A DNA stretch of 62,040 nt, filler included, from Platydemus manokwari (Eukaryota): assembly GCA_037951405.1 (NCBI GenBank). It is 4 parts of 4 records of this genome, joined end to end, with 100 filler letters (N's around TTAATTAATTAA, not from the genome) between each part and the next. Parts side by side here need not be neighbours in the genome. Positions count along the whole stretch, not along the records: positions 39,654 to 51,366 come from JBBMOY010503331.1; 3 more parts are not named here. The stretch is one strand, 5' to 3'. Position numbers and translations under genes: made by a program. Every line of letters starts with the position of its first letter. The stretch's first letter is position 1. The notes beneath the pieces are model-generated. The model made no database searches and was not told where the DNA came from. It worked only from the letters and a program-made list of their open reading frames with translations. Shown piece after piece: positions 40,491 to 49,668 of this stretch.

Positions 40491-42135
40491 TCATTTTCTG
40501 TCATCTGTGAGATCCACTGTGTCCTCGTCCTCCCCTCCTGTTAGGTCCATTAAGACTCTGGTTCCAGATGTTTCCTCCACTGATGTTGCTTTCAGATTTG
40601 GGTTCCTATACTCTAGAAACATAGTTTTCTTTGTTTTCTTGTCAGTGTAGTGGACACCTGTAATGTGCCATTCATAATCGCCTTCCTTAATTACTTTGGC
40701 TATTTTCTCCGGTACTTTTGTTTTCTTGGGATACGGCTTGTTTCGTTTTGGTATCTTTGGTATCGACCAGATGCTTCTTTTTTCAGAAGTAGATTGTAAT
40801 TAGTTGGATGTGCTTGGACCGTATTCTTCAGAGTCTATCTACTTCCATTGGATTAAATTTCTTGCTCTCCTTTTCTGGATGCTTCTTTTTGTGCATACTG
40901 GCTGGGAGAGTGGGTGCCATGATTGGGTCTAATTTTGTTAATACGACTCTGGGCAAAGTGGCCGCATTAATTGTCTGTAGCACTGGTGCTGATGGAACAT
41001 TTTTTTCTGGTTGACTAATAGCTTGATGAGTTTGTTCCTCATCTATGACTAAGTCGCCCATTAATTCGTCTTCTTCTATTTTCATTGGGTGTTCTGTTAC
41101 ATTCTGCACTTGATCTTGCCAGGTTGGTTCCAAATTTAAATAGAGTTGCCTTATGGTCTTTGCATTATTCTCCCTTAAAAGGTCCGAAAGCCTGTCTGGA
41201 ACGTAATTAGGCATAACGGCCTTGCATATCTTTGCCCATTTATATGCTTTGCTAGTGACAAAACCCTTGCTGGCTAAGTTTTGTGCTCTTGCCATATCAC
41301 GGATGCCAATTAGATGATCCGGGTTGATCCCGCATGCTTCTAGTGCATCCGTTATCTTGTATCCGATTATTACCTTTCCTTGAGTAATCTCTCTCAGCTT
41401 ATGTTGACAGAGGATTTCGTTCCACTGTCCTATGATGTTCTTTTCCGTGATGACGTCTGTACCGTCATTTTTCCAATGTCGGACTCGTCGCCGGGGTGCG
41501 ACTCTAGAGTTTATTATTATATTTCCCTGGTAGTTTAGTACCGTGATTGCTACTAGGGAATTTTCGGTTTCCTGCCGTGTCGTCATATTCGCGGTAGCGA
41601 CCATGCGCGCACTTAGGAATAGAATTTTGCTTCGGAGTTCCATTTCCGTCATAGGCATTTTGATAAAAGAATGATACAGGTTCACTTCTTTGAGTGAAAT
41701 TGGTACATTTGGTGTGTGCGTTGTAAAGGGTACATATGGTAGGTACTCATCTCTCTCTTTCGATCACGAGTGTGGTTGTTGGCATTAGAATTTCCACTTG
41801 AGCCTTGGGCAACCTCTGATTACACTCGGTAATTTCCAGGGTTTGGAAGGGGGACATCTCGATGAGCTGATCAAGTGTACCCATCCAGATTGTGATAGGT
41901 TCCCCAGCAGTGTGCAAGTAGCTATGTTGACGTCTCCATGCACCTACTATCCAGTATATTTGCTGGTAGAGCGTCTGAGAGTTGGATGCGGAGGCAAACG
42001 TTTGTGCTTTGTCTCAGAAGACCCTCAATTTGTAAGCTGTGAAATAGAAAATCCCGAGCGTGAATGGTTCTCGCATAATTGATCTATGTCTCCGGTAGTG
42101 TAGATAATATTCAAGAGCGCATCTGATTGTGATCT
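40491..42135 (-). pseudogene. Cargo gene B: unknown N-terminal domain + REX4/ISG20-like exonuclease fold + disordered tail ending in two SIM-like motifs (about 545 codons reconstructed)
   Basis: Track ORF 40828..41685 has ILFLSARMV, AITVLNYQGNIIINSRVAP, QGKVIIGYKITDAL, IGIRDMA and NNAKTIRQLY. It extends 5' across a frameshift in an (AG)n run (LRVF*DK..ASNS..HTAGEPITIW..TTLVIE) and 3' across frameshifts to ...RVLMDLTGGEDEDTVDLTDDRK*. Confidence 0.8.
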
Positions 42136-42699
42136 CCTAATATTTAATGGTTCACCTCCAGTATGAAACCCTTCAGTATCAGATTGTCCATTAAGTTATG
42201 AACATTAGGTAATAAAACAATATATGATAAAAACCATACTTTCCTTGCACTGAATATTTCTTCTATGTAAGATTATATGAAAATTGATCGTCAAATGCAA
42301 AATTAGGTGGTGATTCAAGTATATTATAATCCTCTTAATTTGGTAATACTAGATTTATAGATTAAAAATAGTTTTTTTCAATATTATGGGAAGATTATTA
42401 AATTTGGAATTATGTCGAATTTTAAATTGAAAAGTCTTTGAAACAATTTCATAATAACTAGCTTGAAACTTAGTTTGATTTTGATAAAATACTACTATGA
42501 TTTTACCCTCGGATCACTGTTGTCTTAATCAGTCTCTGGCGAGTTCTAATCAAGCCCAAGGTAATCCTTAAACCTTATATTTATTTATTATTTCACCTCG
42601 CAATCAAATCTACATGAAGATAGAAATGATTGGCAACAATGATCCAAAAGGGGTAATTTAATTCTATCAGTCTCGATTATTTTATAACTTTTTATGCCT

Positions 42700-43150
42700 C
42701 TATTATCGATCTACAACGTAACTCTTCTTTATAGCTAAACTTTTTTTAATATATAAAAGCAAAATTACAGTTTGCAATACTAATATACACCAAAATAAAA
42801 AGTTGGATCAACGGCTAAACCTACAATTCAAATGATTGCAGTTAATACGTCCTTCTCTTGGAGTAAAACCGAATACCAACGATGTTTTTCAGCACAGTTC
42901 TATAATAATATATTAGGCGATACGTACTATAATTTCAATAAGTTTGTTACAAAACAATCTAACTCACTACTTAAAATGATAATATGGTATTGATATGTTC
43001 TGTTGTCGAGCAAATCTTCTACAAAATTCGAGTGATTCGGCTTAATAGTGAAGTTTCCGCACTATGTAATCTAGTGGTTTCAATAATGGGGCGAGTTCTG
43101 ATGTTTCGAACTCCTATTTATATGGTTTTTATTTGTCGCACTTAAATGCT
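42700..43150 (-). pseudogene. Heavily decayed ORF remnant between cargo genes A and B
   Basis: Coding-like frame EFETSELAPLLKPLDYIVRKLHY*AESLEFCRRFARQQNISIPYYHFK*. No family recognised. Confidence 0.25.
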
Positions 43151-43791
43151 TAAAATCGTACATGATATTTTAATTCCTCAAGGATTTTCCAAATATTAAC
43201 TATTATTTTCTTTTAACTATGGAATGTTATTGCCAAGGATATTATTAATAATATTTAAACTCTTTTCTTTAAATATTGTTTCCCTTAAATTTTATTTTAT
43301 TTTATTATAATTTATGTTTTTTGATGCCATTACAAGTAAACTATATATAAAAGTAATCTATATATTTTTATAATATTAATACTTTATTAATATTTTTATA
43401 ATATTAATATGTAATTAATATTTTTCATTAGATATTAATCCTTCATCTGGAATTCATGAACAAAATTGATACAATTGACAACATGACAAATGTATCGAAA
43501 AATGATTAATACATCGCCTCAATATTTGGTCGATGTTACTTAAAATATAATGATACATTTCAATGTATCAAACCTAACTTTTTAGCCGTGACATAATTGT
43601 TTTTTGTTACATATCCTAATTAACGCTATTATTATTATAAAACTTGGTTTTAATTACTTTTATACATTAATATGAATGACTAAATTTATACATCTATAAA
43701 CAGCTTAATCACTTTTATACGTTTATATGAATTATTAGAGATAAGACACAGAAATAAAATTAATAAGAAAAGTATTATTCATACAAAATTG

Positions 43792-45542
43792 CTAAAGTTT
43801 CAATGTTATTTTTCTACTTGGCCCAATCCCCAACACTACTGGGGGACTGATGAAGCATATCCCCATGCTTTTCTTTTTTGAAGACTCATCGGGGCTGTCG
43901 AATCTTTTTCTTTTCCTTCCTTCCGTCTCGGCTGGCTGGCTATTTGTATTTATCCACAACTCTCCTGGGATAAATTCTTTTGCATTGGGATTCAAGTTAG
44001 AATTTTTGACGATGTCCTGATGGATATATTCTTCTGCATCTCGCCATAACTGCTCGAATTCCTCTTCTTTTTCCTTTACTCCCATCTGCTCTTCAATTAT
44101 AGATTCCTACCATAGCTGTTATAAAGATCTTTCCAAAGTAAGCTTATAATCCTCACAGTCTATATCATTATCTGGTTCCATTTCTTTTTCTGGTCGCTGG
44201 ATTTTGTTAAAATGATTAATTACTTGACCTTTTTCGACTCGTTCGTTGTCCTTTAAAATCTTAAATTCTCGGATATTATTTTTCCAGAGTTTATTTCTTT
44301 TGTTTTCAAGCAGCTGCTCTTCTGCTGACTTGAGTTTCCATGTCTGGTTTTTTGCTCTGATAACTGTATTTTCATTTAATAATTCTCTGTCCACCCATTC
44401 GAATATATTGGTGGCCTCGTTTATTATTTCTTGTCCTTCTTGAATTTTCCTTTTCCATCTGGTCTCATCGTTATCATCTCCTTTATCTTGCCAGTTTGAT
44501 TCAATTTTTTGATATATGTTCATCACTTCATCCAGCTCGTCGCTTCAATTTTCGTGTTGTGGCATTTTTCTTCCCACAATAGCCGCATGCATTTCTTTTA
44601 AGTTTTTACTTAGAAAATACCGGCTTTTTTTTCATCTCTTCTTCTACAGCGATTGAGCCTTTTAATTCTCTCACTCCGAGTACTTCTTCAAGGTAGATTG
44701 ATACCGCTTTCAATTTTCTCTTCATGTCGTAGCCAACTAGTATTTTCCCTTTTGTGATTTCTATTACTTTTCTGCTCGCGTGTCCTGCATCTATGGTCCC
44801 CCTGATTACTGTTTCTGCAGTGTGAGACTTGTTTTCCTGATAATGCTTGATCTCCGATCTTGGGGAGCATATTTGATTAAAAATATCCTCTCTCTTGAAA
44901 TTTTTCAGACATATCCACACTGGATATTCCTTGTTGTTGAAGTTAATGGCGTATTTTGCATCAAAATAGACGATCAACTCTATGATTTCTTGTTGGTTCA
45001 TCGGAGTGATGTTTCTCATGAATGACATTTCCTTTTTTGGTTGTAAGAATGGTAGATTCTGGAGGTTAAATATTTGTGGCTCCCTAAACTCCACTGGCTC
45101 TAACTGGTTGGGCTCCACCAGTTCGATCATTATGGTATATGGGATAGACTTTGATTTTATTCTTATTTGGGAATACTCATTCTGGAAATTCGGCCTGCCT
45201 TGCGGTTTTAAATAGATAGAAATTGATGATTGTGACTCCAGATCAATTTTTTCCCAGAATATTCTATGAGGATATCCGATTGTACATTGTGAATTTTTAT
45301 TCTTGTGGGGCGAATTGAAGTGCTGGCAATATTTCTTTGATTTTAAACCCTCCTTGTTCTTGCGAATGGAGAATAATTACAGATCTCTTTGACTGAGACG
45401 CCGTCTTTAGATTATTTGGGATGTGGGTTACATCTGAGAACACTCTTCTTTCTATGCCAAACGGTGTCTTTCTGACTGCCGCACGAATGGCTGTATAGAA
45501 TCTTCTAGGGTAGAATTGAATGATGCTAGTTGCAGGTTCCAT
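43792..45542 (-). pseudogene. Cargo gene A: same N-terminal domain + exonuclease fold + tail with PAM2 motif and basic NLS (about 580 codons reconstructed)
   Basis: Track ORFs 45297..45542, 44606..45130, 44119..44526 and 43792..44085 join through two frameshifts and three stops. Motifs: IVYFDAKYA, IFNQICSP, KGKILVGYD, VLGVREL, SKNLKEMHAAIVG, VMNIYQKIESNWQD, SNLNPNAKEFIPG, RKRKR. Confidence 0.8.
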
Positions 45543-45550
45543 TACTATTA

Positions 45551-45670
45551 CTGAGATGTTAAAATTGATGTTAAAACTAATGGGGAAAACTCTTACCTTT
45601 GACGTTGTTGATCGAGAGTTTTTTCGTAAAAAATTATGACTATTGTCAGCTAGGGGGTCGTTTTTATATA
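45551..45670 (-). promoter_or_regulatory. Candidate internal promoter (TATATAAA at about 45670-45663) and 46-nt 5'-UTR intron (45596-45551) of cargo gene A
   Basis: AAG|GTAAGA...TTTTAACATCTCAG| ends 8 nt before the ATG at 45542. The length equals that of the host RPL23A intron. Confidence 0.5.
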
Positions 45671-46730
45671 TAATTTTAGCGCTCGATTTTGATTGGCTAA
45701 ATTTGTATGGACAATTTTCTCATTGGGTAGGATTTTTGGGGTAATTTTCTTATTGGTTAATTCATTTTCTTTTATTATTTCATCCGTTGGGAATTTTCTA
45801 AAAATATTAATTACATCAAACAAAATACCATGCTTGATTTTATATTTACAAAATTTAAATACTGTATGCATTCCTTGAAATAAAAGATTACTATTATGTT
45901 TACATAAATTGAAACCATTAAATACAATTTATACATCAAATTCTGGTATTTACATAAATTGTTTTCGTTTATTTCCCTCAAGTAACTATTAAATTCAAAA
46001 TCAAGGCTATTTATATACATATTTATTTTTTGTTCACATTGACACATATAAATTGATTAAAATTAAATAATTAGAAATTTTACAGCTAAACCTTTCTATA
46101 TACATATTGATTTTATCCTGCTATAAGTTGACTTCCTATACACGAGGGTTATCCCTATAATATTTTTTATACAGTTTATAACTTATGTACATCATCATTA
46201 TGGTGGTCAAGCTAGAGATTACTGCTCCAATTAGTATTACATTTAGGGTGATTTCATTTTGGGGTTTTTACTACTAATGGGGGTTATACTACTATTAATT
46301 AATGTTCTCATGATTTTTGTCGTTGTTTTACTAATGGGTTTTGTTGTTGTCTTTCTTACAAGGGGTTCTAACGTTATTTGTTCTCGATGAATTATGAACT
46401 TGGGATTGCTTTTTTCATAATACCAGAAATATATATTTACAGGGTTTTTGATGTCAACATTCCGGGTGATCATTCCTTCTGTGGAGTTTATATAATAACG
46501 ATGTTCATTTAAATGCACTTTTACTTTAAAACACTTTAGATCATCCCAAATGATTTTAATTTGATCTAGCATTTTTCGATGAATATTTTTCGGGGTAACT
46601 CGGGGATTTGTACTATCATTGTTGTAACATCATTTCCTTTTCTTATTTCTCGCTGATAGATTCTAGCTGCACATTCCAAAAAGGTAAAGAGCTTGACAAT
46701 GAAATGATATTGTTATTAACGATTAAACAT
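45650..46730 (-). pseudogene. Cargo gene D: candidate type-I membrane protein (possibly env-like), decayed
   Basis: A hydrophobic N-terminal stretch (HFIVKLFTFLECAA), an ectodomain-like ORF 46243..46572 with a Thr/Ser-rich stalk (KTTTKPISKTTTK), then a hydrophobic segment LYLMVSIYVNIIVIFYF and a basic tail, spread over several frames. Confidence 0.35.
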
Positions 46731-46749
46731 GCAAACTTCTGAGGTATCT

Positions 46750-47370
46750 TGCCTTAGTCCAGAAATTCATTCAACTTTGGAGAATCTCTTAGGATCATAT
46801 ATCTTAATTTTTATTTCATTTGATCGTGAATAATTTTGGTTCTCTTATCTCCTTATTTGTTTACGGTTTGTTGCCTTCTGGTAATATTGATTGAGGTTTT
46901 ACAATTTCCTTTCTGGGTACTTGGTGTTTTTTGTATTTGCTTAATATTATTTTTGACTATTTGTTAGGTTTTTGGTTTGATTTCTTCTTTTTCCTCGTCT
47001 ATTGTTTTTTCCTTTACTTTCTATCATCCGAATAATATGTGTTTGTTACACATGCGAGGTGATTATTTTATTCTAGCTCTATTATTTTCTCAGGTTTTAT
47101 GAATTTTCCTCACATGATAAGATGCTAGAGTCTTGATGTTATATATTCCATTACTTCCCCTGTCACTCGCCTCCGTAAATATTAGCGTGATTGATAATTC
47201 TTTCAAGCCACTTAAATATTCTGAAGATTTAACTAATTGACATTTAAGTTCAAAATACCAAATCGCAATTTTTAAAAATTTGATAATATAAGCTTGATAT
47301 TCAAACAAGTCAGAAGGATTTAGAATCTGTTTACTTACCTGGACTCCAACAAATAAAGTTTGTTGCTGCT
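46750..47370 (-). pseudogene. Cargo gene E: 5'-truncated third paralog of the exonuclease-fold family
   Basis: QTLFVGVQ..DLFEYQAYIIKFLK..SEYLSGLKELS..NIKTLASYHVRKIHKT*EN aligns with LGVREL/IGIRDM and NAKTIRQLYLNLEPTWQD, with TGA at the conserved Trp. Confidence 0.55.
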
Positions 47371-47880
47371 ATGTATCACTGCTATATAAAATATAAATAT
47401 TGCAAATATTATATACGCTGGTATTTATTGTAGAAATACAGAGTTAAAACAAAGTAAAACAATACTGTTTATTGAATTAAAACAAATAATTTAAAAGACA
47501 AAATTAATTTATACAGTGTAGCCTAGTGTGTACGCACTTTGGTACCATAAAATATGGCAATACCGTTAACGTACTTTATATAATAATTATAATTGATTAT
47601 AATATAAAAATTATTTTTAATTAATTATCAGATTGAACTACGATCATCCATCATATGCGTAGCTCAATCTGTCATTCATTATGAATTGGATTTTCATTCT
47701 CCAACAGAATTTATCCTGACAGCAATGATAGGTCGAGATTTATTGCTTGTCAGCGCTTTTAAACCCCGTTGGGTTCTGCGTGAATTTTAAGCAACAATAT
47801 AGTAACCTTGGGTTTTGGATCACTTGATGAATTGGTCTCAAAATTATTATATGCACAGATAGTTATTTTCTAGATTTCTT

Positions 47881-48068
47881 TTAGTCCTATCTGTCTCTGG
47901 TTCAGGCACTGATGAGACACATGAAAGGCCGAAATATAAAACTATCTGCATCACAAAACCACCATTATCGTCTTCGCAGCCATCGTTCATAAAGTTTCCG
48001 CCAGATCGTCCTATATATCTCTGAACCGGGATACTGATGAGACCTATGGAGGGCCGAAATAGGACTAA
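47881..48068 (+). ncRNA. Tandem (double) hammerhead ribozyme
   Basis: Two CUGAUGA boxes (47909-47915, 48034-48040), each followed by a 15-nt G...C-closed stem II and GAAA (47931-47934, 48056-48059). NUH sites are AUC at 47889-47891 and AUA at 48013-48017. Stem III pairs TTAGTCCTA with TAGGACTAA, and stem I pairings are available. Confidence 0.85.
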
Positions 48069-49152
48069 TTTTTCAAAAAAGGTAGTTTATTCATTTAGTT
48101 ATTTATTTGTTTATTGTATCTTGACCGCTTAACACAAACAATAACAATTGAAACAAAACAATAAAATGAATATGACTGATTTAAACATGAATTTAGACCA
48201 TGGGCAGATAAATAACAAAACTCCATTATGGACACAAAATAACCTCAATGTAACAATAAAGCGCTTGCTGCCTGGGTGACTGGACAAGCATTTCTACAAA
48301 AAGGAAAGTGGGGGACCAAAAGGGAATTCTTAACAAATTTTAAAAGACCGCGAGGCTAAAAGTAGCCATGAATCTGTAATTAATTACAATGATAATAAGA
48401 AATTAACTCATCTTGGCTTGAAATACTTTCAGAATAATTGTAATAATGAATATCGAAACCGAATAAAATGATCATCAATAATAATTGATTTCAATCAAAA
48501 ATTTTAATAAATTTCTTGAACTAATATTGAATGCCAAATATTGTATTTCATAGCTGCATCGATTACCAAGAGAAATACGATATTGATTTCAATTTATCTG
48601 AGAATTAAATCGATTTTATTAAACTAAATATCTCCGGCAGGTCAATTTACAGCGAATATTTTGCAAGTTTTATAGAATCAAGTTAACAATAATCAATTTT
48701 AAAAGGATTAATGTTCATGGTTCACATGTTAAGCAGGAAGAATTTATAAACAATCACCGACAAGAAATTATTAGAAAACACCAACATAAAATCACAAATA
48801 TTTGAATTGGAATAAAATACATATTTTATTGACTTTTATGTAACATAATCAGAACCAAGAGAACATTGATACCATGCACAATGAGAATGAAAACCTAAAC
48901 ACAACATATACTCTGAAACTAGATTATCATTATCATTATTATTATTTTCATTTAGTTAATAATATTTTATATTTGTCTTTATTGAATTTTAAAATACAGA
49001 TAACCGATAATCAATAAAAAATAGAATAACGATAATAAATATTACAATTACAAATGACATAAATATTTAGTCAAGCTAATATACATTTCGATGTTACCAT
49101 TGTTAATTGCATTCATTTTAAATTCTTGATCGAGTCTGAACACGGAAATTCA

Positions 49153-49668
49153 TTATTTCAATTCTGACAATGCATCAGCACATTCTTCTTGTTTTAATGA
49201 AAGTCTCTTGATAATCTTCGTTAAACTAACTTCGACTTTCGCTGCAGGATTGTTTCGACATTTTTCATTGGATAACTTCCTTATTTTCGCTAAGTACGGT
49301 TTCGAATCACTAATTCTTTTTTCCACAGACTCACGAACTAATGGTGGTAACGTACTAAATTTTAATGAAGACTTGGTTTTCTTCGACGCAATGCTCGGAT
49401 TTCTATGTTTATTAATCAATAATCGTCTAGCCAATTGAATACTGTTAGTCACTTTGTAATCGGTAAATGATCCATCTACTCGTCGAAAATCATCAACACG
49501 TTCCATTTCAGATTCTTGTTTATTGATCAAATTGTAATCTCGAATCTTTGCTGTAATTCGATTGAAATACTTTTCTATTTCCAATTGTTCAAGATTAACA
49601 TATTCTCGAAAGAGTTCGCGATTTCTTTTTGATTTCGATTGTTGTTCTTCTATTAAAATCGATTTCAT
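49153..49668 (-). CDS. Hypothetical basic, coiled-coil-rich protein (about 171 aa), single exon
   Basis: Long uninterrupted ORF with protein-like composition in very AT-rich DNA. An in-frame TAG lies just upstream of the ATG. No recognised domain. Confidence 0.5.
   Translation of the reverse strand: MKSILIEEQQSKSKRNRELFREYVNLEQLEIEKYFNRITAKIRDYNLINKQESEMERVDDFRRVDGSFTDYKVTNSIQLARRLLINKHRNPSIASKKTKSSLKFSTLPPLVRESVEKRISDSKPYLAKIRKLSNEKCRNNPAAKVEVSLTKIIKRLSLKQEECADALSELK

Larger units (their letters stand above)
39654..47370 (-). mobile_element. 3' portion of a large cargo-bearing LTR retroelement (accessory genes, PPT, start of the 3' LTR); gag/pol not seen
   Basis: The minus strand reads ...GGGGGGGAGATA|TGTCGGGATG..., a polypurine tract followed by TG, downstream of five co-oriented intronless decayed ORFs. 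Parts have higher GC than the host DNA. Confidence 0.7.

Noticed and set aside
41798-42082. Plus-strand ORFs (also 40429-40650, 40808-41014, 44246-45215, 49208-49438) and minus-strand ORF 53448-53696
   Set aside because: Antisense shadows of genuine or formerly coding sequence on the other strand.
47293-47338. Perfect donor CAG|GTAAGT and a possible 46-nt intron on the minus strand
   Set aside because: The same bases read through in frame as part of the exonuclease-like domain (QTLFVGVQVSKQIL), and the AAG acceptor is weak.
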